DNA of 64,000 bases from Deltaproteobacteria bacterium (lineage in GTDB: Bacteria > Desulfobacterota > GWC2-55-46 > UBA9637): contig JACRML010000009.1 of NCBI GenBank assembly GCA_016214995.1, positions 15,155 to 79,154 on the forward strand. Direction: 5' to 3'. The notes below the pieces were generated by a model. The model made no database searches, had not been told where the DNA came from, and saw only the letters and a list, made by a program, of their open reading frames with translations. Positions 9,923 through 18,850 of the stretch are shown one piece after another. Both the position numbers and the translations under genes were made by a program. The stretch's first letter is position 1. The number at the start of each line of letters is the position of its first letter.

Positions 9923-12902
9923 GAGGCTAAAGGCAAAAGGCTTTAGGTTTGTAATTTTTCTTTTCAACCTATTTTTCTTCAGCCTACAGCATGATATTTC
10001 CCACACAGCCAATCTTGACACCTCTTTTCAGTTTTCCACTATAGAAACAGAACATTTCTCCATCCACTTTCATCAGGGGCTTGAGGGTGCGGCTCACAAA
10101 GCTGCAGCTATTGCAGAGGAAGCGTACTATACGCTTGCCACAGGATTTAATTGGGAGCCAATGGAAAAGACGCAGATGGTCCTGATAGATAACTCCGACT
10201 TTACCAATGGCTGGGCAAAGGTGCTTCCCTATAATACGATTTACATACAGGTTGTGCCGCCGTTAGTAGACATGACAATAGGCGAATATGAAGACTGGCT
10301 CAAGATACTCATAATTCACGAATACAGTTATATACTCACAACTGACCCTGCAATGGGATATTCAAAAATAATGAGGCGCATATTCGGCAAGCCTCTTCCA
10401 GGAGGAGACCCCTTTTCCTTTCTTATGTTTATTGCTGCCGGGCCGCCGAATGTGTTTTTACCGAGATGGTGGCACGAGGGTATTGCAACATGGTCCGAGA
10501 CAGAGCATACAAAAGTAGGCAGAGGTAAAAGCACATATTATGAAATGATAATCAGAATGGCAGTTGCGGATGATAATATTCCGACAGTTGATAAGATAAA
10601 CGGTGAAGTCCCATACTGGCCTGATGGGCATATGCCCTATATATTTGGCCTAAGGCTTCAAAAATATATTGCAGATAAGTATGGTAGAGAGGCGCTGGGA
10701 AAGCTTAATTTAAAGCATGCCGGAAGATTCCCATATTTTTTAAACGGCGCACCCCAGAATTTGTTTGAAGGAGAAAGCTATATCTCCTTATATCGCGAGA
10801 TGGTGAAGGACTTAAAAACAGAAGAGAGGGAACAGATAGAGATATTAAAACAGGTGCCTTTTACACCATTTAAAATATTAAATATAAATGGTGAAATGCT
10901 TACCAATCCAAGATATTCTCCTGATGGCAGTATGATTGCATTCAATATGCGGGACCCACATGGGCATGAGGCAATTATGATAATGAACAAGGACGGTACA
11001 GATGTAGCAGGGTCTGTCAGAAGGCTTTATTCAGACCACATCATTGCATGGTCGCCGGACAGCGAATCTATATATTTCAGCCAGGCAGAGGTTAACAGAG
11101 GGTTTAATATCTATCAGGATTTATATTCGTATGACATAAAGAAGGCAAAGCTTAAAAGACTAACCCAGGGCCTTCGCATAAAAGAGCCTGATATATCGCC
11201 GGATGGGAAAAAAATTGCTGTTATTTTAAGCGACAGAGGCAATCAAAACCTTGCCCTCCTTACTTTTGAAAGATACAAACCCAAATTGGAAATAATCCTT
11301 CCTTCACCCCGCTTTGAAAAAGATAGGCTGCTGGGATTGCGGGTTTCTGGTCCAAGGTGGTCTCCGGATGGCAATTTTATTGCCTATTCTGTAACAACCA
11401 ATAATGGGAAGAGCAGCCTGTACATTTACGATACAATAGAAAAAACCCATAAACAACTCTTTGAAGATGCTGGGAACAATGCATATCTCACATGGTCAAG
11501 GGATAGTAAATATATTATCTATATGTCAGATAAGACGAGAGTATACAACCTTTTTGCATATTCAATGGAGCAAGACAGGCAGTATCAGATTACCCATATA
11601 CTTGGCGGCGCATTCCAGCCTGATGTTTCCACAGACGGCAAAGAGATTATTTTTTCCAGTTATAATTCCAGAGGTTTTAAGATTGCTAAAATTGAATATA
11701 ACCCTGAAAAGTGGATGACAATACCCAGTCCTACGATAAAGCCATATTGGAATGAGGAAAGTTCAGAGTTGAGAGTTGAGAGTTCGGAGTTGAAACCAAA
11801 AATCCAAAACCCGCAATCCGAAATTAAATCCGACTCTAATCCTTATTCGGCCCTTAATAGCCTCCTTCCCAGATTCTGGCTGCCTACACTTTCTAGTGAT
11901 CACGATGGCGCGGTAATTGGCGCTTTGACTTTTGGTCAGGATGTGCTTGGTTATAATACATATTATCTTAAATTGGATTATGGCGTTGAAAGCAGCGAGA
12001 TATACTACGATGCGGTATATATGAATGACTATATATATCCTACGCTGAGGCTGCGGACATACACAACACCTGTCTTATATTCGGATTTTCTTGAGAGAGG
12101 CGATTACTATGAATTAAACAGAAGTATTATTTTCAGCATGTCTCTGCCAATAAATTATTTAGAGTCGCACTACAGGTTTATTCTTGGCTATCATTTGCAA
12201 AAGCAGGAGGCATTAAGCGGCCTTACAAATAACAAGTTCAATGAGGTAGACGTATTTCATGGCCGTCGCGACAATGTATTCGCAGGCATTGAATTTTCCA
12301 ACAGTCTAAAATATCCATATTCCATAAGCCATGAAGAGGGTCGTAATATAAGTTTTTTATATAGATATTATAGCAAATACATAGGGAGTGATATTAATTC
12401 AAGGGAATACATTGCATCGTATTCGGAATATTTTCTCCTTCCCTTTTCAGGTTCAATGAGGCACAACGTAATTTATCTTAATCTTAAGGGTGCTGCATCG
12501 GATGGTGACAGGATAAACCAACAGGCATTTCAACTGGGCGGTTATTCTTCTCAATCAGAATTTCCCTTACGCGGTTATCCTTCAAGATTTGCAGCAGGGC
12601 AATATGTGGCTACAGGTACTTTGGAGTACCGTGCGCCTTTATGGTATATATTCCATGGTATAAATACAAAACCTTTTTTCTGGGACAGATTGCACGGCGC
12701 TGTTTTTACCGATGCAGGAGAGGTATGGGATGACACCAGAGATTTTTCATCTAGCAGATTAAAGGTAGGTGCTGGTATAGAGGTAAGACTTGATATGACC
12801 ATAGGTTACTTGCTGGAGATTACTCCTACCCTTGGTATTGCTCACGGCTTTAACCAGAACGGAGAGACACAGGTCTATTTTACCATATACACAAATCTTT
12901 AA
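9906..12902 (+). CDS. large secreted protein: signal peptide, TolB-like PD40 beta-propeller repeats, and a C-terminal Omp85/BamA-like beta-barrel-like region (start uncertain; the ORF is open from 9858)
   Basis: Multiple SPDG/SRDS...I.F/Y PD40-like repeats. C-terminus: RGYPSRF...GAVFTDAGEVW...GAGIEVRL...QVYFTIYTNL (Omp85-like). In-frame (agagttg)n at 11764-11794. Confidence 0.5.
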   Translation: MMYLSKRLKAKGFRFVIFLFNLFFFSLQHDISHTANLDTSFQFSTIETEHFSIHFHQGLEGAAHKAAAIAEEAYYTLATGFNWEPMEKTQMVLIDNSDFTNGWAKVLPYNTIYIQVVPPLVDMTIGEYEDWLKILIIHEYSYILTTDPAMGYSKIMRRIFGKPLPGGDPFSFLMFIAAGPPNVFLPRWWHEGIATWSETEHTKVGRGKSTYYEMIIRMAVADDNIPTVDKINGEVPYWPDGHMPYIFGLRLQKYIADKYGREALGKLNLKHAGRFPYFLNGAPQNLFEGESYISLYREMVKDLKTEEREQIEILKQVPFTPFKILNINGEMLTNPRYSPDGSMIAFNMRDPHGHEAIMIMNKDGTDVAGSVRRLYSDHIIAWSPDSESIYFSQAEVNRGFNIYQDLYSYDIKKAKLKRLTQGLRIKEPDISPDGKKIAVILSDRGNQNLALLTFERYKPKLEIILPSPRFEKDRLLGLRVSGPRWSPDGNFIAYSVTTNNGKSSLYIYDTIEKTHKQLFEDAGNNAYLTWSRDSKYIIYMSDKTRVYNLFAYSMEQDRQYQITHILGGAFQPDVSTDGKEIIFSSYNSRGFKIAKIEYNPEKWMTIPSPTIKPYWNEESSELRVESSELKPKIQNPQSEIKSDSNPYSALNSLLPRFWLPTLSSDHDGAVIGALTFGQDVLGYNTYYLKLDYGVESSEIYYDAVYMNDYIYPTLRLRTYTTPVLYSDFLERGDYYELNRSIIFSMSLPINYLESHYRFILGYHLQKQEALSGLTNNKFNEVDVFHGRRDNVFAGIEFSNSLKYPYSISHEEGRNISFLYRYYSKYIGSDINSREYIASYSEYFLLPFSGSMRHNVIYLNLKGAASDGDRINQQAFQLGGYSSQSEFPLRGYPSRFAAGQYVATGTLEYRAPLWYIFHGINTKPFFWDRLHGAVFTDAGEVWDDTRDFSSSRLKVGAGIEVRLDMTIGYLLEITPTLGIAHGFNQNGETQVYFTIYTNL

Positions 12903-12908
12903 GCATCA

Positions 12909-13254
12909 GTAAAATAGCGAAAACCTCTCTATTTTAATCACTTCGGGTCTAATTCCCCGAAGCTTGCTTCGTAATTTTTTTTGTATCAACAACAATTGTA
13001 GCTTCTGTGAGGTGTTTTCAGATACCCCGCAGCTTGCTGCGGGGTAGTTCATTCTTCCACTTGTAATTGCTTCGCAGCAAGTGGAGGCAGCCGATTTGCC
13101 CGACCCAAGCTTTGCTTGGGTGCCCCGAGTGCGTTATCGGCGCATTTTTGCTCCTCACCGTATCGGTGAACATACGGCTCGTCGCAAAAATTGTCCGCTG
13201 CCTAGTCTGGCAGCCAACTTGCAGGTTTCCCCAAAAATCAATGTCTATTTTTGG
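12909..13254 (+). repeat. ~300-bp structured intergenic repeat, copy B
   Basis: Same core and terminal ccaaaaatcaatgtctatttttgg hairpin as copies A and C; extra hairpins inserted near the 5' end. Confidence 0.8.
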
Positions 13255-13297
13255 AAGCATAATTGCCTTTTTGCCGAGGATATGGTATCAATAAAAT

Positions 13298-14032
13298 ATG
13301 GATAAGAGAGTTGTTCTTGTTACCGGAGGAAGCCGTGGTATTGGTGAGGCTATATCACTTGCGTTCGGTGAAAAGAGTAATATTATTATTGTAAATTACC
13401 TTTCAAACAGGGAAAGGGCAGAGTCAGTTGTATCAAAGATTAAAGTTTCCGGAGGTGACGCTGTTGCAATAAAGAGTGATGTTTCAAAGCAGGCTGAGGC
13501 TTTCAGGATGGTGGATGAAGTGGTGGAGAGATACGGCAGGCTTGATGTTCTGGTTAATAATGCAGGAATGGCAAAAGGTGGTTTATTGATGCTTTTGGAT
13601 GAAAAGGATTGGGATAGTGTTATTGATGCAAACCTCAAGAGTGTTTTTAACTGCTGCAAGGCTGCAAGCAGGCAGATGATATCGCAAAAGAAGGGCATCA
13701 TAATTAATGTATCTTCCCTTAGCGGAATTACAGGCCTTTCAGGACAGAGCGATTATTCTGCTGCAAAAGGCGGGGTAATAGCATTCACAAAGGCCATTGC
13801 AAAAGAGCTTGCGCAATTCGGCATACTGGTAAATGCAGTTGCGCCTGGTGTAATAAATACAGATATGATTGGCGATATTCCGAATATCGTCAAAAAATTT
13901 TTTTTAGAAGCAATACCTTTAAAGAGATTCGGCAAACCTGAAGAGGTAGCTGGTATCGTAAAATTTCTTGCCTCTCCTGATGCGAGCTATATAACCGGAG
14001 AGACTATTGTTGTAAGCGGCGGATTGCCGTAA
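13298..14032 (+). CDS. fabG: 3-oxoacyl-ACP reductase (short-chain dehydrogenase)
   Basis: [16 protein letters not shown], the S...YSAAK catalytic triad region, and the C-terminal GETIVVSGG typical of FabG. Confidence 0.85.
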   Translation: MDKRVVLVTGGSRGIGEAISLAFGEKSNIIIVNYLSNRERAESVVSKIKVSGGDAVAIKSDVSKQAEAFRMVDEVVERYGRLDVLVNNAGMAKGGLLMLLDEKDWDSVIDANLKSVFNCCKAASRQMISQKKGIIINVSSLSGITGLSGQSDYSAAKGGVIAFTKAIAKELAQFGILVNAVAPGVINTDMIGDIPNIVKKFFLEAIPLKRFGKPEEVAGIVKFLASPDASYITGETIVVSGGLP

Positions 14033-14206
14033 AAAAACCGTGAATCGTGATCTTGTTCCGTGACCATGAAGAAAGAAGTTGAGAAGATGGGAAGTTAAGA
14101 AGTTGAAATGGTAAGTTTTTTCTCAACTTCTCAATTTCTTAATTTCTGCATTTTCACGGTTATAGACAACGGACATGGACAACGGTATTTTATAAGGGAG
14201 ATAACC

Positions 14207-14455
14207 GTGTCGGACATTAAAGAAAAACTTAAAGAGATGCTGGTCAAAAGGCTGAAACTCAAAATGACAGCGCAGGATATTAAGGATGATGTCCCGCTCT
14301 TTGGAGAGGGTGGGTTGGGCCTTGATTCTATAGATGCGTTGGAACTTGTTGTTGGATTGCAGAAGGAGTTTAATGTTGTCATCAATGATAAGTCTGTAGC
14401 AGAAAAGGTTCTGGTATCTGTGAATAGCATTGTAGGGTTTATTGAAGAAAAGTAG
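14207..14455 (+). CDS. acyl carrier protein (GTG start with GGGAG RBS; the ORF-track ATG at 14108 is unlikely)
   Basis: LGLDSIDALELV phosphopantetheine-attachment motif (DSL/DSI); ~82 aa. Confidence 0.8.
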   Translation: MSDIKEKLKEMLVKRLKLKMTAQDIKDDVPLFGEGGLGLDSIDALELVVGLQKEFNVVINDKSVAEKVLVSVNSIVGFIEEK

Positions 14456-14523
14456 CAGGTTTACAATCGGTATGTTTATTGGTGTGCTTAAAAGACGTCC
14501 ACAAATGGGCAATCGCAAGAATT

Positions 14524-14943
14524 ATGAAAAATAATCCTCTGGACAGCTTGCCTCACAGCTACCCATTCAGGTTTTTAGATAAAATCATTGAATTAAGCGA
14601 TAAAAGAGGTGTTGCAATAAAAAATGTGACTATGAATGAAGAATTTTTTCAAGGTCATTTTAAAGAAAACCCAATAATGCCTGGTGTTTTGATAATAGAG
14701 ACAATGGCACAACTGGCAGGGCTTATAATGAATTGCGGTAAGGAAGAAAATAAGATTGCCTACCTTGCCCAGGTAAAGAATATTAAATTTAAAAGGCCTG
14801 TTATCCCAGGCGACCAATTGAAAATTTCGGCTGAAATAGGGCAGGATTTTGGTTCACTGGCAAGTTTTTCAGTAGCAGTGCATATAGATAATAATGTTGC
14901 GGCAGAAGGTGAACTGGTGATGGCTGTCAGTAAGGGTACTTAA
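14524..14943 (+). CDS. fabZ: 3-hydroxyacyl-ACP dehydratase, FabZ/FabA-like hotdog fold (start uncertain; ORF opens at 14479)
   Basis: LPHSYPFRFLDKI...FFQGHF..NPIMPGVLIIE (FabZ signature H and E region). Confidence 0.75.
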   Translation: MKNNPLDSLPHSYPFRFLDKIIELSDKRGVAIKNVTMNEEFFQGHFKENPIMPGVLIIETMAQLAGLIMNCGKEENKIAYLAQVKNIKFKRPVIPGDQLKISAEIGQDFGSLASFSVAVHIDNNVAAEGELVMAVSKGT

Positions 14944-14964
14944 AAAACCAAAAGGAGGGCTAAA

Positions 14965-15321
14965 ATGGCAAGGAAAATATTCATGATGATATTTGCTGCA
15001 TCACTTTTATTTTCTCATATAGCTAATTCTCAGGATGCCTCATTTGATATCAAGGCTGCCAAAGATAGATGGGAGCCTTCATCTATCACAATAAAAAAAG
15101 GGGAGAAGGTCAGTATTAAGTTTATATCAGTTGATGTTGACCATGCTGTTGAGCTTGGCGAGTTTGGCTTGAAAAAAGTTCTCATACCCGAAAAGGATTC
15201 TGTTACTCTCGAGTTTACAGCAACTAAAACAGGCACATTTTCTTTTCCATGCATAAAATATTGCAGTTGGAGGCATCTGGTTGGCGCAAGGCCGAGATTG
15301 GAAATTAAGGTGGTAGAATGA
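14965..15321 (+). CDS. small secreted protein, possibly a cupredoxin-like fold (tentative)
   Basis: N-terminal signal peptide; beta-rich region with DHAVELG ... PCIKYCSWRH; no firm family assignment. Confidence 0.3.
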   Translation: MARKIFMMIFAASLLFSHIANSQDASFDIKAAKDRWEPSSITIKKGEKVSIKFISVDVDHAVELGEFGLKKVLIPEKDSVTLEFTATKTGTFSFPCIKYCSWRHLVGARPRLEIKVVE

Positions 15322-15677
15322 TTTTTTCCGTTGGCGTAGATATCGCGAGCATCGAGCGGTTAAAAAAATCTGTGTATAATAATGCCTTTCTTGACAGACT
15401 GCTTACTGATAACGAAAGGCAATATGTCTTTACAAAAAGGCATTCATACAGGCACATTGCAGGCAGATTTGCTGCAAAAGAGGCTGTTATGAAGGCATTA
15501 GGCACAGGTTGGAGTAAAGAGATTGGGTGGAGGGATATCGAAATTATAAATACGTCTTCTGGCAGACCTGTAGTACGGTTGCATTCAAACGTCGCCGTTG
15601 TTGCACATGGGAAAAAGGTTTTTTTAAGTCTTGCATATGCAAAGGATATTGCTTTGGCAGTTGCCATTGTAGAATGA
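15318..15677 (+). CDS. acpS: holo-ACP synthase (4'-phosphopantetheinyl transferase AcpS)
   Basis: MIFSVGVDIASIERL...RFAAKEAVMKALGTG, ~119 aa, typical AcpS. Confidence 0.8.
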   Translation: MIFSVGVDIASIERLKKSVYNNAFLDRLLTDNERQYVFTKRHSYRHIAGRFAAKEAVMKALGTGWSKEIGWRDIEIINTSSGRPVVRLHSNVAVVAHGKKVFLSLAYAKDIALAVAIVE

Positions 15678-15681
15678 TGTA

Positions 15682-16335
15682 ATGAAATATCTGATAGTAA
15701 TTCCTGCCTATAATGAAGAAAGATACATTGCTTCCCTCTTAAATAACCTTCCCGTTGTTACAAGAGACATCATAGTTGTTGATGATGGTTCAAAAGATGC
15801 CACATACCAGATTGTGCAGAAAATAGGCATTCCTGTAATCCGTCAGCCTCATCAGGGCAAAGGAGCTGCACTTAAGACCGGTTTTAAATATGCTATTGAA
15901 AACGGATATGACTGGGTAATTACAATAGATGGGGATGGTCAGCATGATTGGAAGGATATTCCTAGGTTTATTGAAACAATATCCAAAGGGGGCGCTGATG
16001 TGATTATCGGTTCAAGGATGGCTGATGTTGCAGCGATGCCGATAGTAAGAAGAGTTACAAACAAATTTATGTCCAGCCTATTGTCAAAATTGATAGGCCA
16101 TTATATAGCAGATACCCAGTGTGGTTTCAGAGCAATAAATTCAAAAGTTTTAAGGGATATTGTTCTTGAAACTTCGCATTATGACACAGAGTCTGAACTT
16201 CTTATAAAGGCGGGCAGGGCAAAGTATAATATCTCATCAATCCCTATCAGAACTATTTATAATGGTTCACAGAGTAATATAAATAAATTTGTAGATACTA
16301 TGCGTTTTGTAAAACTTTTATGGAAGGCATTGTGA
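15682..16335 (+). CDS. family 2 glycosyltransferase (dolichol-phosphate mannosyltransferase-like)
   Basis: IVVDDGSKDAT, DGDGQHD motifs of GT2/DPM1-like enzymes. Confidence 0.75.
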   Translation: MKYLIVIPAYNEERYIASLLNNLPVVTRDIIVVDDGSKDATYQIVQKIGIPVIRQPHQGKGAALKTGFKYAIENGYDWVITIDGDGQHDWKDIPRFIETISKGGADVIIGSRMADVAAMPIVRRVTNKFMSSLLSKLIGHYIADTQCGFRAINSKVLRDIVLETSHYDTESELLIKAGRAKYNISSIPIRTIYNGSQSNINKFVDTMRFVKLLWKAL

Positions 16336-17186
16336 CATCTATCAACCATCAACAAATTTATGTTTCCTGCAATATATGCGGTTCTTCCAACGAAAAACTT
16401 ATTACAACCCAAAATGGCTACAAGGTTGTTAAATGCATAGGTTGTGGTTTTGTATATGTGAATCCAAGGCCAACCAGTGAAACCCTTAAACAACTTTATC
16501 TGACATACCTGCCGGAAAAGATTGAAGACCCATTGCTGTGGGATACGTACATGAAAGATGTATTTGCAAAGGCTGCTAATATCTTGGTGAAACAGTTTCC
16601 TGATGGAGGAAAGATACTTGATATTGGCTGCGGCTACGGTTTTTTTCTTTCACGGATGAAAGCGAAAGGATGGCAGGTATATGGCATTGATGTGTCAGAA
16701 ACTGCTGTTTCTTATGCATCAGGCCATGGTCTGGATGTAGCATTAGGGACATTGGATAATGTCAAATATGAAGATAAATCATTTGATGTTGTAACATTAT
16801 TCTATGTGCTTGAGCATCTTCCTGACCCATTAAAGGCCATCCAGGAGATAAGAAGGATTTTAAATCCAAATGGGTTGTTATTACTGCGAGTGCCGCATAC
16901 AACACCAATAGTAAGGATATTATCTTTACTGGGCATAAAAAATAATCTGTATGACCCACCATTTCATTTAAACGATTTTTCTAATGTTGCTATTAAGGGT
17001 ATTTTGAAAATGGCCGGCTTCCATAATATACACACATTTATTGGGGGTGTTACAAGCCCTCCTGGCGCCGCAGTACGACTGACAACATTATTTTTCGGGC
17101 TGCTTGCAGAGGCGGTCTATCGCTTAAGCCTTGGGAAATTTCTTTTACCCGGGGTAGCAAAGACTACTATTGCAAAAAAAATATAA
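16320..17186 (+). CDS. class I SAM-dependent methyltransferase with N-terminal Zn-ribbon
   Basis: CNICGSS...CIGCG zinc ribbon; ILDIGCGYGFF motif I. Confidence 0.75.
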   Translation: MEGIVTSINHQQIYVSCNICGSSNEKLITTQNGYKVVKCIGCGFVYVNPRPTSETLKQLYLTYLPEKIEDPLLWDTYMKDVFAKAANILVKQFPDGGKILDIGCGYGFFLSRMKAKGWQVYGIDVSETAVSYASGHGLDVALGTLDNVKYEDKSFDVVTLFYVLEHLPDPLKAIQEIRRILNPNGLLLLRVPHTTPIVRILSLLGIKNNLYDPPFHLNDFSNVAIKGILKMAGFHNIHTFIGGVTSPPGAAVRLTTLFFGLLAEAVYRLSLGKFLLPGVAKTTIAKKI

Positions 17187-17210
17187 GAATAAGGCTGCTT
17201 ATCTTATTTT

Positions 17211-18662
17211 CTATGATACCTGTTTTAAAATCTCTCTTGCGGCCTTGAATCCGGAATATATTGCAGCTATTATACCGCCTCCAAGCCCGCTCCAATGTCC
17301 TGCAAGATAAAGGTTGTCAATTCCTGTCTTTATTGGCCTTAGCCATGGGACAGGCTGCCAGCCGTAGGCAGCGCCTCTGAAATTAGCGGTATATCTCTCA
17401 AGAGTTGCAGGGGTTGCAGCCTCTATGTGGATTGCGTTATCTTTAATGGTTGGAATAATCTTTTCAGCTCGCCTTATAATAATTTCAGAAAGCCTTTTCT
17501 TTTCTTCTTTCCATTTTTTGGTATATGTATAATCAGTCAGTTGATGTATGACAATGGAGTGGCTGTTTTGAGGCGCCATTGAATGATCGGTTATGCTCGG
17601 TATTGTAAGCCCGATTGGCGCGGCATCTGTGAATGAGTTTTTGAAGTCAAAGGCCTTTTCCATATCAAATGATGAAAAATATCCTATACTGGAAGAACTG
17701 CCAAGAAAACTCAAATCAGCCGCTGTGCCAATATATAATATAAAGAATGAAGGAGAGATTCCGTATTCATTGAATCTGTCTTGTGCCTCAGAAGAATGTC
17801 TGCCTCCGTTCAATAGGGAGAATGTTTCTGTATAATCAATATTAGATACAATAAAATGTGATGTATACTGAGTCCCGTCGGCTGTCGCTACACCAATAAC
17901 TTTGTTATCTTCCATAATAATCTCTGTTATCTCTTTTTTAAACAAAATATGTCCGCCTTTTTCCTTTATGCCTGTAGTCAATGTGTCCGGAAGTTTCTGA
18001 CATCCGCCCACAACCCTGTATGCACCTGATGTAAAATAACTCATCAAGGCTGCTGCCGTATTTATGACTGATATTTTAGATGGCGGAAGGCCGAGGAAGG
18101 AGCATCTGTCTGACAGGATGGACTTCAGCCTTTCATCATACAGATAGCTGTCCATCAGGCTTTTATATGTAAGCCCGCCATAATTTAGAAAGACAGATGG
18201 GAGAGCTGGTTTGTTTTTTTCATATTGTGCAATTCCAGTTAACCATCTGTTGATACCACTGTAGATGTTTCCCATTTCTTTAAAGAAGCTGTCTATGTTT
18301 TTTTCCGACGGAAATAATTCCTTAAGGTTTTCTATGTATGCATTTACATTGTTCCATGTCTTTATTCTCATTCCGGGGAAAACACTTTCTCTTATGGGGT
18401 CAATTTTAATGAAATCTATTTTATCCCCTATATCCAACTGCTGCAGCAGATATCTGACAGCCCCATTTTTATCCATGCCGCTGAAACAGTCAACTGCGCT
18501 GTCAAAGATAAAGCCCTTTCTCTTAAAAGAGGTAAGGTAGCCGCCCGGGTTTGCGTTTTTTTCAAGCACTAACACTTTGAGGCCTTTGCTTGCCAGAATT
18601 CCAGCGCAGGCTAGTCCACCTATACCGCTTCCGATTACTATGACATCGTAGTCTTTTTTCAT
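17211..18662 (-). CDS. FAD-dependent oxidoreductase, phytoene desaturase (CrtI)/amine-oxidase-like
   Basis: N-terminal YDVIVIGSGIGGLACAGILASKG...EKN..GG dinucleotide-binding motif; ~480 aa. Confidence 0.75.
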   Translation of the reverse strand: MKKDYDVIVIGSGIGGLACAGILASKGLKVLVLEKNANPGGYLTSFKRKGFIFDSAVDCFSGMDKNGAVRYLLQQLDIGDKIDFIKIDPIRESVFPGMRIKTWNNVNAYIENLKELFPSEKNIDSFFKEMGNIYSGINRWLTGIAQYEKNKPALPSVFLNYGGLTYKSLMDSYLYDERLKSILSDRCSFLGLPPSKISVINTAAALMSYFTSGAYRVVGGCQKLPDTLTTGIKEKGGHILFKKEITEIIMEDNKVIGVATADGTQYTSHFIVSNIDYTETFSLLNGGRHSSEAQDRFNEYGISPSFFILYIGTAADLSFLGSSSSIGYFSSFDMEKAFDFKNSFTDAAPIGLTIPSITDHSMAPQNSHSIVIHQLTDYTYTKKWKEEKKRLSEIIIRRAEKIIPTIKDNAIHIEAATPATLERYTANFRGAAYGWQPVPWLRPIKTGIDNLYLAGHWSGLGGGIIAAIYSGFKAAREILKQVS

Positions 18663-18816
18663 TATCCCAGAAAATGCAATAACATTTTCTTATAAACGCA
18701 ATCTTTGGCCAAATACTGCGTCAAAGCTGGCTGTCCAAATACTCACATACTTAAAACAGTATGCTCCGTTTTGTCCAGCCAGCTTTTCCTTGTCTTTGGC
18801 TCAAATCTTGCGTTTG

Positions 18817-18850
18817 CCCCGAAAAATAAAAACTAAATGCATTTTTCGGG
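18817..18850 (-). terminator. 10-bp-stem hairpin immediately 3' of the MMPL gene
   Basis: ccccgaaaaat...atttttcggg, abutting the stop of 18851..21334 on the minus strand. Confidence 0.35.

Noticed and set aside
10470-10488. TGGCAC-N-TTGCA sigma-54-like motif
   Set aside because: It lies in-frame inside the large TolB/Omp85-like CDS and the GG-to-GC spacing is off by two relative to the consensus. It was treated as a chance occurrence.
13018-13305. ORFs 13018..13260(-), 13067..13294(+), 13081..13305(+) and 25101..25292(+), whose translated peptides resemble one another
   Set aside because: They lie entirely inside copies of the ~300-bp structured repeat. The peptide similarity only reflects the nucleotide repeat. 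There is no RBS and no coding periodicity, so they were treated as spurious.
14108-14206. Long N-terminal extension of the ACP ORF (ATG at 14108)
   Set aside because: The extension is hydrophobic junk with no RBS. A GTG at 14207 preceded by GGGAG gives a canonical ~80-aa ACP, so the short form was annotated.
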